Shown: piece by piece, positions 46,992 to 57,601 of the stretch
Numbering within the stretch: position 1 is the stretch's first letter
Layout: each line of letters starts with the position of its first letter
Virus record (IMG/VR): IMGVR_UViG_3300044640_001495
Span: 289,124 to 353,123 of that record
Reading direction: 5' to 3' (one strand)
DNA: 64,000 bases
Made by a program: the position numbers and the translations under genes
Notes under the pieces: generated by a model
What the model saw: the letters and a program-made list of their open reading frames with translations, nothing else
Database searches by the model: none
What the model was told of the DNA's origin: nothing

Positions 46992-48310
46992 TAGATCTTC
47001 TCCCCTGCAATAAATCCACGGAATCGTAGGAAGCGAGGAAAGCGCAGACTATATGTACCGTCCTGATTCTGTGTGACAGCATCGGCACGTACTTCAACTA
47101 CCTGCCCCACCACTGTATCACGTTCCGCCCAATAAGAACCACGATCACTATCACTAAAACCACTGCCAACATTGACAGCAATCGACTTACCGTCGTCCAC
47201 ACCCTCGCAGACAAATGCACCAAGACGCCCAACATTTCGTCCAGTACCTTCTTCCACTTCTCGGACCGTGAGTGAAACTTCAATGAAAGGCTTTTGTTTG
47301 AGCCACGAAACAGATCTCTTACATTCATATTTTGCCTCTGGGTCTTTGATCATAATGCCTTCGAAGCCTTCGGCAACCATTTTCTTGTTGTAGTCCTTGT
47401 ATTCGATCTCACCCAGAAACTCATCTAGGTTAACTTCAATCTGCGGAATGATTTCAATACACCCACTATCACCAAACAGATTGTTAAAATTCTCTTTGAG
47501 GAACTTAGAACGTCGACGCTGTCCCATCACACTCTTGCCAGCTTTGAACTCCACAAGTGGAACAACATCGAACAAACATAGACGTGCATCTTGTGCCTGC
47601 ACATCTGATTTACGATGGACCTGTTTCATGAGATCCTGGAATGAATTGCTGACAACTTCGCCGTCTAACACATATGAACGACCAATCTCATCCATGTGTT
47701 TTTCTAGATAGGCTGTTATGTGTCCAAAGTTATCTAGAACTTTGCCATTGCGTGTGTACATTGTGGCAGTACGACTTTCAAAGTCAACTACAGTGATAGC
47801 ACGAACTCCGTCTAATTTGGGTTCGAGTAGTTTCTTGCCTGTAATTTTCTTATCGTGATTGGCACCATCGTGCGCCAACATAACTTCGAATACAGGAACA
47901 GGAGCAATGCCTTCATGTATCTTTAGTACCTTGTTCACAGTCTTTTCGCTAAAGCCTGCTCGCATGTCCTTAATAAGAATGCGACGGTACCAATCGTTCC
48001 ATTGTGCTTTGGTGGCAACATTCATTGCCAACTCAATGGCATCTTTGGCTGCATGGCCTGTAAGACGTCTACGGTAAAGACTGTCTGCTAGTTCAAGGAA
48101 GTTGTCCCAACTGAGACCCTGTCCTTCGTCTTGTTCTTTGATAGGTACTTGCTTGACGCCAAACGTATATAAGCCATCTAGTGCCATACGCAAGCCTTCA
48201 AAGAACTCTGTGAGTCCTTCTTTAGCTGCCATATCTAGAATCTGTTCTTTGCTTAAACGGCTGTTGTCAGCTTCAAGTTGTTGAATCACTGTTTCGGGCT
48301 GTGTTCTCAC
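46991..48310 (-). CDS. ATP-dependent DNA ligase
   Basis: EPKLDGVR, LDGEV, FD, EGIMIK, WLKQKP, SLRFPRF; GTG start at 48310 after AGGAG; promoter at 48336-48364. Confidence 0.95.
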   Translation of the reverse strand: MRTQPETVIQQLEADNSRLSKEQILDMAAKEGLTEFFEGLRMALDGLYTFGVKQVPIKEQDEGQGLSWDNFLELADSLYRRRLTGHAAKDAIELAMNVATKAQWNDWYRRILIKDMRAGFSEKTVNKVLKIHEGIAPVPVFEVMLAHDGANHDKKITGKKLLEPKLDGVRAITVVDFESRTATMYTRNGKVLDNFGHITAYLEKHMDEIGRSYVLDGEVVSNSFQDLMKQVHRKSDVQAQDARLCLFDVVPLVEFKAGKSVMGQRRRSKFLKENFNNLFGDSGCIEIIPQIEVNLDEFLGEIEYKDYNKKMVAEGFEGIMIKDPEAKYECKRSVSWLKQKPFIEVSLTVREVEEGTGRNVGRLGAFVCEGVDDGKSIAVNVGSGFSDSDRGSYWAERDTVVGQVVEVRADAVTQNQDGTYSLRFPRFLRFRGFIAGEKI

Positions 48311-48372
48311 GGTCGGCTCCTGTGTGTAAATATATATTATACAGTGATTTCTCGACTTTGTCAAGTCATTTG

Positions 48373-48891
48373 TTATTCGCTGTCGAAAATTGAATTGAAA
48401 TGCTGATCGGTGACTCTTGATTTACGTCTAATGTGGCTTTCATCTCGCAGGTTGCCCAAGGGCAACGATCCATATTGTTTGATGTGTGCATCCAAAAATT
48501 GGTCTTCAAGTTGTGTGACTTCGTGTCTAGGATCATCTTGTACCGCGAGTGGATAATTGGTCATGTCCCAAATCTTGATACACACATTATTTTTATTGAT
48601 ACCTGGAAAGTTCTTTATCACATCAAGCATATCGCAGCCAGCACTCTTCACACTGGGCCTGGTAGGCCATCCTGGAATTTGAAACGCTTGCCTGTATATT
48701 CTTTCACCAAAACTGCCACGAATCCAATCATTGTCGGCACTTTGTCCATATTTCATCACGGTGCTGTTATAGATAAAAGCATAGCAATAGTACTTGACGC
48801 CAAGTTTTTTCATCATGCCCTTGATTTCACTGGCATGCAGACACTTACCTAGGTCAAAGGTTACTGATGGTAGGTTTGAGAGATCAATCAT
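48373..48891 (-). CDS. hypothetical protein, GIY-YIG-like
   Basis: YCYAF......MKYGQS...ERIYRQ...LE......YGSLP.GN. Confidence 0.5.
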   Translation of the reverse strand: MIDLSNLPSVTFDLGKCLHASEIKGMMKKLGVKYYCYAFIYNSTVMKYGQSADNDWIRGSFGERIYRQAFQIPGWPTRPSVKSAGCDMLDVIKNFPGINKNNVCIKIWDMTNYPLAVQDDPRHEVTQLEDQFLDAHIKQYGSLPLGNLRDESHIRRKSRVTDQHFNSIFDSE

Positions 48892-48931
48892 AAGTCTGTT
48901 TCTAATCTGTTACAATGCTAATATTGTAACA

Positions 48932-49426
48932 TCAAGTGGTTGACATGTCAAGAGAAATATTGTAACTATCTGCAGTAATTAGTAGGGCTTCTTTAAGGGT
49001 TTCGTCGTTGAAGTTTTGACGTATGATGTTTGCTACTTTCGGACGAATAATACAATTTTCAAACGTCCATTGTCCGCCGTAACTTTTTGGCAGTATATGA
49101 TCTGCATTAACAGTATGAAAGTAATCATATTCGTAGATGATCTCTGGATCAAGATCTCTATATTGATTAATCATTTTGTTTGCACCTCGACCGTAATCTA
49201 ACAAATAACCTCTAAAGCTGACAGGCATCTTTTCGACCCATTGCTCAGAAGTGCCGCCTGACCACTTCTTCATAATAGAATAGGCATAGTCGTAACGTAG
49301 GTCGCTGGTTTCTGCAACCTTTCTGTAACTAGCTGCACACCAATAGGTCTTTCGATCAAACACAGCGCCAGTTTGAAGCTGACGCTGTCGAATCAGTTGA
49401 TTGATTAGCTCTGTGTGTTTAAGCAT
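48932..49426 (-). CDS. HNH endonuclease-like protein
   Basis: ADHILPKSYGG....ENC......AN..R. Confidence 0.7.
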   Translation of the reverse strand: MLKHTELINQLIRQRQLQTGAVFDRKTYWCAASYRKVAETSDLRYDYAYSIMKKWSGGTSEQWVEKMPVSFRGYLLDYGRGANKMINQYRDLDPEIIYEYDYFHTVNADHILPKSYGGQWTFENCIIRPKVANIIRQNFNDETLKEALLITADSYNISLDMSTT

Positions 49427-50795
49427 TTTTAATCACAGGCATTGTTAACGGAAATAACAATTTAGTTTCAACGGAATGAGGTTGTATTAATTGCATCGCA
49501 TATTCCTTTGGCAGACGCTGGCTAAGAACAGAATAAAACCCTTGAGCGATCCACATATGTTTTGCGATACGTGTAGAGTCTACAGAATAGAACTTAACAT
49601 TCTTTTCTTTATCCTCCTTGGTCTTATACGGAAACTGTTCACTCATCTCATCTTGAATCTGGCGCCAAGCAGGAGTAGAACCCTTGCCACTGGTCTTGTT
49701 AGGCCATTGTTCACGCAAAGCATTCATTAATTTAACCTGGAACAGGTCTTTGTCAAAATCCTTTTCAAAGATCCAATCCTTATTAAAATAAATTGTTTCA
49801 ACTAACCCAATTAGATCAGCAGTTTCTAATCTCTTCAACGGCCAAATGTATTCATACCAATCAAGAGCAAGAGTCAGAACATCGTCGCTGTATGCTGTGG
49901 TTTCAAAGATTGCTTTGAGCTGACTGATATTAGAACAAGCTCCTTTGAGATTCTTTTCTTCCTTGTTCTCGTCATTGACCATACGGAAGTTTCTCTTTAG
50001 ACTGAGCTCATTGAAAATTTTAAAGTTAACAAACTCGTCATCACTTTTGCTGAGTTGCATCTGTTTACAAACTTCTGCATAACTGATTTCAGTGATGTCG
50101 ATTTTCTTTTTAATACAATAATCTTCAAGACTTTTCTTAACAACCAATGCATCGCTAAGTGCAAGTTCTACTTCAGTAGCACGAAGCTTGCCTTGATTCT
50201 CACGTTTGAACTGACGAAGATCGTCGATATCGTCTGAGCTAGGTAATACTTCGTATGCGAATTCTGTTCGACTTACAATACAACCTGCAATGCTACGTTG
50301 TTGTCCTTCGTTAACAAACACTCGATTATCTGTAGGATCGATTCGAGCATTGCCGCAGGTAAGACCATCTACGTCCCATCGACGCAACATTTGTAGAATG
50401 TGACGGGGTTTAGGATTACGTTGTCCCCCTTGTCCGTCTTCACCGTAGTTCAACCAAATGTCTCGAATAGGAAGTTTTTCTACGCCCTTTAATCGACTCT
50501 TACGTTCCTCGAACGGTAACAGTATTCCGTCAAGGACTCCTGTTGATTTATAGTGTGTAAGGACTTCTTCAACAACTCGTTGAAGATTTTCGTTTTCTTT
50601 ATTGATCGGTAACTCAGCTAAAACCTTGTGCTTATCCATATGTGCATCAAGTTCTGCCTCACTGAAATCTTGTAGTCGACGTTTGATAGTTGATTTGTCT
50701 GTAGGAATAACTTTGGTTACGTCACTTAGCCAAGTACCGAAACTACGGAAGTGATGTTCTTTCTCTACAGGATTGAATGTGTTTGCTGTCGCCAT
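49419..50795 (-). CDS. ParB/Srx-like (DGQxR-type) domain protein
   Basis: QR....HI......WD......VFVNEGQQR...F..EN; promoter at 50836-50864. Confidence 0.6.
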   Translation of the reverse strand: MATANTFNPVEKEHHFRSFGTWLSDVTKVIPTDKSTIKRRLQDFSEAELDAHMDKHKVLAELPINKENENLQRVVEEVLTHYKSTGVLDGILLPFEERKSRLKGVEKLPIRDIWLNYGEDGQGGQRNPKPRHILQMLRRWDVDGLTCGNARIDPTDNRVFVNEGQQRSIAGCIVSRTEFAYEVLPSSDDIDDLRQFKRENQGKLRATEVELALSDALVVKKSLEDYCIKKKIDITEISYAEVCKQMQLSKSDDEFVNFKIFNELSLKRNFRMVNDENKEEKNLKGACSNISQLKAIFETTAYSDDVLTLALDWYEYIWPLKRLETADLIGLVETIYFNKDWIFEKDFDKDLFQVKLMNALREQWPNKTSGKGSTPAWRQIQDEMSEQFPYKTKEDKEKNVKFYSVDSTRIAKHMWIAQGFYSVLSQRLPKEYAMQLIQPHSVETKLLFPLTMPVIKNA

Positions 50796-50872
50796 TTGAT
50801 TGCCTTTCTGTGTGTAAAAATTAAACCCTAGCTATAGTATAATACAGCTAGGGTTATTTGTCAACCAATCAA

Positions 50873-51937
50873 TTAACCAAAATCAAACAGAGATTCAAAT
50901 TGATTATCTGCCTGCTTTATTGCACCATAGTTACCTAGTGCAACTGTGGCATCATGCACCTCACGTGGCACAAACAGTCTATCCATGTACTTTGGAATCT
51001 GTTGATGTGTCATACCAATGTCCTTACCAAAATGTAAACCTAGAGCCTTCTGCTCCGCATTAGCTGGTCTTCTCACAGCGCAGACACAGACATAATCCAA
51101 TTTGGCAAAATAGTCATATAGATCCTGAGGTTGATATCCGTATTGAGCACATTGCTTTGGAACAATCTCAACCTGCACACTAGGCCTGCATCTCTTGATA
51201 GTTTCGTCAGCGCCTTCTATCACAAATAGCTCGCTGCCTTCCACATCAATCTTGATAACATCAACGTCATCAAATTTGTAGCTGTCTATGGTTCTTGCAG
51301 GAACATTGACCACGTGTTGAGACTTTTTAATCTGTTTGTCGTTGTAGACAGCAAAGTTGTGACCCCCGTGTTCTGGATGATCCTGAATGCCAATAGTACC
51401 AATATTTCTATTAGTAAGTGCCACTTCGTGAACCGTGATGTTACCAGCTATGTTCATACTCTGAGGAATCCCCTTCCAGACAAACCAACCTACAGCTTGG
51501 TTAGGATCTCGATGGATTGCACCATTCCATACATTACCTTGCCAATAGATACCATGCAGATTGCTCTGCTGAGCAATGGCAATATTTGCTTTGAGCATGG
51601 TCAATGTGGTAGGAGTGGGCTCAAATGATTCCACATCATCGGCCCATTCTGCGTAGGCAATGGTGTTATTACCAATGTTAGCACCCACGTCAATGATGCG
51701 ACGTGCTGTTGGATAGATGGATCTTATTAGTCTAGAATTGTTGCCCTGATAGTAAACATTGACTCCACTAAATCTAGGACCTTGCAGATTATCCCAGGCC
51801 AATAGCCAGTAGCAACGTCCAAACTTGTTTATCACTAAACGAAATTGGGCATCGTTAAAAAGTCCGCTGGGTTCTGGAAATCCGAATAGAGTTTGAAACT
51901 CTTGGGGGGTGATGGTTGCTGTAATAAGTTGCGGCAT
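50873..51937 (-). CDS. FkbM-family methyltransferase
   Basis: IIDVGANIG, SFEP, IKIDVEGSE. Confidence 0.9.
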   Translation of the reverse strand: MPQLITATITPQEFQTLFGFPEPSGLFNDAQFRLVINKFGRCYWLLAWDNLQGPRFSGVNVYYQGNNSRLIRSIYPTARRIIDVGANIGNNTIAYAEWADDVESFEPTPTTLTMLKANIAIAQQSNLHGIYWQGNVWNGAIHRDPNQAVGWFVWKGIPQSMNIAGNITVHEVALTNRNIGTIGIQDHPEHGGHNFAVYNDKQIKKSQHVVNVPARTIDSYKFDDVDVIKIDVEGSELFVIEGADETIKRCRPSVQVEIVPKQCAQYGYQPQDLYDYFAKLDYVCVCAVRRPANAEQKALGLHFGKDIGMTHQQIPKYMDRLFVPREVHDATVALGNYGAIKQADNQFESLFDFG

Positions 51938-52042
51938 AATATTTCTCCTTTATATCAATTTTCGCAATGCGTCAACAATACCGTACTGTATTGTAATGTT
52001 CGCAAGAGTATTTACCTAGTGTACTACACTAGGAAAAATAAA

Positions 52043-52555
52043 TCAACCTAAATAATCTGCCCAGCTAGGATGCTGTAGATGATACCCTCGGACCCTACGT
52101 TTGGCCACAAGGTCCCAAAATGTAGGCTTGTAGGGTGTGACTTTTGGTTTCATCTTGCCCACATGTGCCGCCTTCTTGTAGTTGCAGCTCTTGCAGGCAG
52201 TGGTTGAGTTTTCCCAAGTGGTCTTGCCGCCCTTGCTCACAGGCAGCACATGATCCAAAGTGGCCAAAGATTCCGCCACTTCTATTCCACAGTATTGACA
52301 GGCATAGGCGTCACGCAGAAATATATTGCGTTTGCTCAGCCTCATAGTGTGTTTGGGTTTTTGATAAGAATTCAACATGATCACAGCAGGCACGCGAGTT
52401 TCCCAACGTGCAGATCGCACGATCCAATCTTCGTGCCATTCCAAAACCTTAACCTTGTCCAACACAATGTAACGAATGGCTTCCTGCCAGTCTATGGTGC
52501 TGAGGGGTAATAGGCTTAATGGCTGCATGTCTGCGTTAAGTACTAAGGTGGTCAT
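52043..52555 (-). CDS. HNH endonuclease
   Basis: TLVLNAD, RD...CQYCG, TLDHVLPVSKGG..TWEN...AC..CN..K. Confidence 0.92.
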   Translation of the reverse strand: MTTLVLNADMQPLSLLPLSTIDWQEAIRYIVLDKVKVLEWHEDWIVRSARWETRVPAVIMLNSYQKPKHTMRLSKRNIFLRDAYACQYCGIEVAESLATLDHVLPVSKGGKTTWENSTTACKSCNYKKAAHVGKMKPKVTPYKPTFWDLVAKRRVRGYHLQHPSWADYLG

Positions 52556-52698
52556 AATACGTGTATTTAATCAAAGAACAACTAGTGTACAATCAAAACT
52601 ATAATTAGTCAATGTTTTTTTAGATAACTAAGATTGAAGTTGACCTAGACAGGGTTAGCTGCTATACTTAGATTTCTTATTAATTAAAAGGATTTACG

Positions 52699-53286
52699 AT
52701 GAATTTAGTACCAATGGTCATTGAGTCAACTTCCAAAGGGGAACGGGCCTATGACATCTACAGCCGCTTGCTCAAAGAACGTATTATTATGTTGAACGGC
52801 CCTGTAGAAGATATGATGGCAAATACTATTGTGGCACAATTGTTATTTTTGGAATCAGAAAATCCAGACAAAGAGATTTCACTGTTCATTAACAGTCCCG
52901 GTGGTGTTATCACAAGCGGTATGAGCATCTACGATACCATGCAGTTTATCAAATGTGATGTGGCTACCTATGTTATGGGACAGGCCTGTTCAATGGGTTC
53001 ATTCCTAGCACAAGCAGGTACGGCAGGCAAGCGTTATATGTTGCCCTATGCCCGCCACATGATTCATCAGCCCAGCGGCGGTGCTCGTGGCATGCAGAGC
53101 GACATTGAAATTCAATACAAAGAAATCACCAAGATGAAAGACATCTTGACCAAACTGTACGTCAAGCACAATACCAAAGGTAAGACCTATGCTGAGTTTG
53201 AACGTGACATGGATCGTGATACGTTTATGTCAGCAGAAGAAGCACTAGAATATGGACTCATTGACAAAATCATTGAGAAAAGATAA
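52699..53286 (+). CDS. clpP: ATP-dependent Clp protease proteolytic subunit
   Basis: [40 protein letters not shown]; promoter TTGACC-N17-TATACT at about 52640. Confidence 0.97.
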   Translation: MNLVPMVIESTSKGERAYDIYSRLLKERIIMLNGPVEDMMANTIVAQLLFLESENPDKEISLFINSPGGVITSGMSIYDTMQFIKCDVATYVMGQACSMGSFLAQAGTAGKRYMLPYARHMIHQPSGGARGMQSDIEIQYKEITKMKDILTKLYVKHNTKGKTYAEFERDMDRDTFMSAEEALEYGLIDKIIEKR

Positions 53287-53684
53287 TGACACAACTACAA
53301 GGTAAACAAGACAAAGGGTGGGGCTACGAAATTATATGGGCCACCAATGACAAGTACGCAGGCAAAATCTTAGTATTTGAAAAGGTAGGTGCCAAGTTTA
53401 GTATGCACTTTCACAAAGAAAAAGATGAAACTTGGTTTGTAAACGCAGGCGAGTTCAAGTTAATCTGGTGCGACACTACCACTGCCACCTACAAAGAACA
53501 AATTCTCAAAGAAGGTGACACGTGGCGCAATCCGCCAATGATGCCGCATCAGTTGATTGCACTCAAACCCAACTCAATGGTATTTGAAGTCAGCACAGCA
53601 GACTCAGTAGAAGACAATTACAGAATCATTCCAGGAGACAGTCAAGTTGCAGCCGTTAAACCAACCGAAGAACAACCAACCTAA
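53286..53684 (+). CDS. cupin-domain protein (sugar isomerase-like)
   Basis: KGWGYE, SMHFH..KDETW, PHQL, EVST. Confidence 0.8.
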   Translation: MTQLQGKQDKGWGYEIIWATNDKYAGKILVFEKVGAKFSMHFHKEKDETWFVNAGEFKLIWCDTTTATYKEQILKEGDTWRNPPMMPHQLIALKPNSMVFEVSTADSVEDNYRIIPGDSQVAAVKPTEEQPT

Positions 53685-54267
53685 GATATCTTGGGTAGGT
53701 GGAGAGTTCCGCACAAAATGTGTGGTAGGGCTTGATCGTGATGGAGTAATCAACCGAGACCTAGGCACCTACTGCTTCAAGGTTGAGGACTTTGACCCCA
53801 TTCCAGGCAGTATTGACGCTATAGCTGAACTCAGGCGTAAAGGCTATAAGATCACAGTGATCACTGATCAAGGTGGCATTGAAAAAGGTCTTTACACCCA
53901 ACAAGATGTGGACACTGTGCATGAGCACATGCTGAAACTGTTAGGCGAAGCAGGCTGCTTTTCAATTGACGGCATCTACTACAGTGCCAGCAGTCGTAGA
54001 GAAGATCCGTTTGCCAAACCCAATGTGGGCATGTTTAAAAAATGTGAAGCTGACGTTAAGGATATCAAATTCAAAGGCGGCTACTATGTAGGCGACAAGA
54101 TGAAAGATCTTAAAGCAGCCATGAATATAGGTGCTCGACCAGTGTTGGTAAGGACTGGCTATGGCTTAGAAACTGAAAAAGAATTACAAAAATTTACCTA
54201 TAGAAAGATCAAACAGCGCACAATTATATTTGACAACCTAGCACAGTTTGTGGAGTCGCTTGCATGA
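53647..54267 (+). CDS. gmhB: D,D-heptose 1,7-bisphosphate phosphatase
   Basis: LDRDGVIN, ITDQGGI, KPNVGM, VGDKMKD, LVRTGYG; start uncertain. Confidence 0.88.
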   Translation: MQPLNQPKNNQPKISWVGGEFRTKCVVGLDRDGVINRDLGTYCFKVEDFDPIPGSIDAIAELRRKGYKITVITDQGGIEKGLYTQQDVDTVHEHMLKLLGEAGCFSIDGIYYSASSRREDPFAKPNVGMFKKCEADVKDIKFKGGYYVGDKMKDLKAAMNIGARPVLVRTGYGLETEKELQKFTYRKIKQRTIIFDNLAQFVESLA

Positions 54268-54668
54268 CACGGGTTGTAGTTAATGGAACCTTTGACATTA
54301 TACATTTAGGGCATTTGAGACTGTTAGATTATGCTAGAAGTTTGCCCAATAGCTACGTGTTAGTTTTAGCAGATAGTGATCGTAGAATAAAACAATTGAA
54401 AGGCAATGATAGACCGATCAACAACGAATACGAACGTTGTAGTTTGTTGTTTGCTCTAAAGTCAGTAGATCGTGTAGAAACATTTGATTCCGATGAAGAG
54501 TTAATTAAATTGATCAAAGACTTCGAACCCGATGTTATGGTTAAAGGTAGCGACTATCGTGGTAAGCCTATTATAGGTGCAGAATACTGCAAAGAGATAA
54601 AATTTTATGACAGACTTGGCAACTACTCAACCACAAACAAAATTCAAGATATTGCTCATAGGCGATAA
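54264..54668 (+). CDS. heptose-1-phosphate adenylyltransferase (HldE/RfaE domain II)
   Basis: NGTFDIIHLGH, LKGNDRP, VKGSDY, YSTT. Confidence 0.88.
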   Translation: MTRVVVNGTFDIIHLGHLRLLDYARSLPNSYVLVLADSDRRIKQLKGNDRPINNEYERCSLLFALKSVDRVETFDSDEELIKLIKDFEPDVMVKGSDYRGKPIIGAEYCKEIKFYDRLGNYSTTNKIQDIAHRR

Positions 54669-55368
54669 CTGTAAAGACATTTACCAGTACGGGACTATTG
54701 ATAGGCTAAGCCCAGAAGCACCTGTGCCTGTATTTGTGCCTACATATGCAGAAGAAAGTGATGGTATGGCAGGTAATGTGTTTAACAATCTAGAGGCATT
54801 GGGCTGTGAAGTAAACTATCTTTTCGGCGAAACAAGTACAAAGACTAGATTAATCGATCAACGTAGTCAACAACAGATTGTGCGTATTGACAATGACATT
54901 GTATCTGATCCGTTGACATTCGAAACAGATATTCCCAATGTTTATGATGCTGTTGTAGTCAGTGATTACAATAAAGGAACAGTTAGCTACGAACTTATAG
55001 AAGAACTGATCGCACTGAGTATTCCTATCTTTATCGATACTAAGAAAATAGATCTAGAACGTATGCAAGGTGCATGGGTAAAGATCAATGAATTGGAATA
55101 CAGTAAAATCAAAAGCGAGTGCAGTGGGTTAATTGTTACACGTGGTGCCAAAGGTGCGGATGCTGTTCATCACAAGTATAGTTCTAAAGCACCAAGAGTA
55201 GAAGTTGTAGATGTTACAGGCGCAGGAGATACCTTTCTTGCCGCACTTGTCTACAACTACCTACATACCAAAGATATAAAAAGAGCCATGGACTTTGCCA
55301 ACCAAGCTGCCGCTATCACAGTTCAGCATGTTGGATGTTATGCTCCTACGATGGAAGAAATACTATGA
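54607..55368 (+). CDS. heptose-7-phosphate kinase (HldE/RfaE domain I, PfkB family)
   Basis: RLSPEAPVPV, GMAGNV, SDYNKG, DVTGAGDTF. Confidence 0.88.
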   Translation: MTDLATTQPQTKFKILLIGDNCKDIYQYGTIDRLSPEAPVPVFVPTYAEESDGMAGNVFNNLEALGCEVNYLFGETSTKTRLIDQRSQQQIVRIDNDIVSDPLTFETDIPNVYDAVVVSDYNKGTVSYELIEELIALSIPIFIDTKKIDLERMQGAWVKINELEYSKIKSECSGLIVTRGAKGADAVHHKYSSKAPRVEVVDVTGAGDTFLAALVYNYLHTKDIKRAMDFANQAAAITVQHVGCYAPTMEEIL

Positions 55369-56240
55369 TTGTATTAACAGGTGCCGGCGGCTTTATTGGC
55401 AGCGTGATGTTGGGCTATCTTAACAAGCAGGGTATCTCTGATGTTGTCTTGTTTGATGATCTGCTAAATGAAACGCAGTATCGCAATCTTGTGGGCAAGC
55501 GGTTCAAAAGCATACATCCGCACTCTACATTTGAAAAGACCACATTCAATCCCAAAGACATTGACGCAGTGATTCACATTGGCGCCAACTCTAGCACACT
55601 GGAACGCAACTGGCCATCTATCTATAAAAGTAATGTGCTGTCAACTCGTATGTGGAATGCCTTTTGTTTGGAACATGCCATCCCTTTTATCTTTACCAGT
55701 TCAGCCGCAGTCTATGGCAATGGTACAGGACCACTCAATCAATATGCTTTCAGCAAACAGGTCAGTGAACAAGAGATTACAGGAGTGGTATTGAGATTGT
55801 TCAACGTCTACGGACCCAACGAGTATCACAAGGGTCGTATGGCCAGTACCATAATGCATTGGTACAATCAAATACAAACAGACGGCAAGATCAACATATT
55901 TGAAAACAGCATGAACTATCGTAGAGACTTCATATGGGTAGAGGATGTGGCCAGTACCATCTATCACTTTGTGAAAAACTACACACCCGGCATCTATGAT
56001 CTAGGCACAGGAGCCAGTGTGGACTTTGACAGTATTGCCAACATTGTGATCAATGAATGTGGTACAGGTGTCAAATGCTCTATCCCCATGCCCGATGATC
56101 TCAAAGCACAGTATCAACTGGATACCAAAGCTGATACTAGCAAGCTGGCGCTTGCGGGAGTCGATGTTGATTTATTCTACGAACCCTGGCAGGGCATTAA
56201 AGAATACTGCCAGTATCTAAAGACTAGTAGGTTCTATTAA
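55365..56240 (+). CDS. hldD: ADP-L-glycero-D-manno-heptose 6-epimerase
   Basis: [51 protein letters not shown]. Confidence 0.92.
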   Translation: MIVLTGAGGFIGSVMLGYLNKQGISDVVLFDDLLNETQYRNLVGKRFKSIHPHSTFEKTTFNPKDIDAVIHIGANSSTLERNWPSIYKSNVLSTRMWNAFCLEHAIPFIFTSSAAVYGNGTGPLNQYAFSKQVSEQEITGVVLRLFNVYGPNEYHKGRMASTIMHWYNQIQTDGKINIFENSMNYRRDFIWVEDVASTIYHFVKNYTPGIYDLGTGASVDFDSIANIVINECGTGVKCSIPMPDDLKAQYQLDTKADTSKLALAGVDVDLFYEPWQGIKEYCQYLKTSRFY

Positions 56241-57426
56241 AAACGTCTTTGAGAGACATAACTAGATCTTCAATCATGCCGTCATCGTGGAATGGCGTTG
56301 GAGCAAAACGTAATCGTTCTGTTCCTACTGCAACCGTAGGATGATTAATTGGCTGCACATAGATGTTGTGATCATTTAACAGCGCATCACTCATGGCCTT
56401 GCACTTTTTGGCTTCTCCCACTAACACAGGTACGATGTGCGTGGTTGAGCATTCCATGACAGGTATACCTGCTTTGATCAATCTATACTTTAGTTTACGG
56501 GCACGTTCTTGATGTTGCTCGCGTAGTTCATTATGGTCTTTGAGATACTTTACAGCAGCCAATGCACCTGCACAACTCACAGGACTCATTGATGTGGTAA
56601 AGATAAAGCCAGCAGCTACTGAACGGATGGCATCGACGATCTCAGCATCGGCAGCTATATAGCCACCTTGGACTCCATAGGCTTTCCCTAATGTACCATT
56701 GACTATGTCAATACGGGATTGTAGCCCAAGCTCTTCAACTTTCCCACCACCGTGGGGACCATAGAGTCCTACCGCATGTACTTCGTCGATATATGTAATG
56801 GCACCGTACTTATCAGCTAGGTCACAGATCTCTTTGATATGCCCTACATCGCCATCCATTGAGTAGACTGACTCAAACACAATACAGGGCACATTGCCTG
56901 TGAGTTGTATACTGGTTAACTTGTCTTCTAGATCAGCTAGATTGTTGTGTTCGAAAATGCTTTTTGCTGCTCGACTATGACGCATGCCTATCACTAGGCT
57001 GTTGTGATTCTCGCTGTCTGAAACAAAATGTATGTTGGGAATGATCTTGGCCAGAGCAATCAAGGTCCATTCGTTGGCCACATAGGCTGATGAAAATAAC
57101 AGGGCCTTGGCCTTGTTGTGTAGCAGGGCCAGCTCGTGTTCTAGCGCCACGTGATAGTGGCTGGTACCGCCTATGTTGCGAGTGCCTCCGCTACCACTTC
57201 CTGTGTGGTCTAGCGCAGTATGCATGGCATCTAGAACCACTTTATGCTGACCCATGCCTAGATAATCGTTTGAACACCAGTTCACAATGTTCTTGATATT
57301 GTAAGGACCGTACCACATGGCGTTGGGAAACTTGCCTGCTTCACGTATAATATCGTTGAACACACGGTATCTGCCCGTGTCTTTCATGTCTTTAAGTAGG
57401 GTGTTAAAGGGCGCTTTGTTAATCAT
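56224..57426 (-). CDS. hemA: 5-aminolevulinate synthase (C4/Shemin pathway)
   Basis: [62 protein letters not shown]; start MINKAP. Confidence 0.95.
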   Translation of the reverse strand: MINKAPFNTLLKDMKDTGRYRVFNDIIREAGKFPNAMWYGPYNIKNIVNWCSNDYLGMGQHKVVLDAMHTALDHTGSGSGGTRNIGGTSHYHVALEHELALLHNKAKALLFSSAYVANEWTLIALAKIIPNIHFVSDSENHNSLVIGMRHSRAAKSIFEHNNLADLEDKLTSIQLTGNVPCIVFESVYSMDGDVGHIKEICDLADKYGAITYIDEVHAVGLYGPHGGGKVEELGLQSRIDIVNGTLGKAYGVQGGYIAADAEIVDAIRSVAAGFIFTTSMSPVSCAGALAAVKYLKDHNELREQHQERARKLKYRLIKAGIPVMECSTTHIVPVLVGEAKKCKAMSDALLNDHNIYVQPINHPTVAVGTERLRFAPTPFHDDGMIEDLVMSLKDVFNRTY

Positions 57427-57458
57427 AGTAATGTTATTTAACCGATAAATATACAACT

Positions 57459-57601
57459 ATGGATATAATCAAACTGGACGTACCCCTCTTTATTCGCCTG
57501 CTAGAGCTGGCTCGCGAATCGTGAGCTTTATGAGCAAGCAGGGCGATGACTCCGAATTAGAACGCATACGCAAACTTAGTGGAATGAACAACAATGGCTA
57601 A
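57459..57601 (+). pseudogene. probable frameshifted small late gene
   Basis: MDIIKLDVPLFIRLLELARES* after TAAATA; another frame continues [26 protein letters not shown], overlapping the fibre start. Confidence 0.4.

Noticed and set aside
52699-57426. Bacterial chromosome segment or prophage boundary
   Set aside because: The genes are compact, lack their usual neighbours (clpX, tig, waa genes) and are flanked by phage-type late boxes and the fibre gene.
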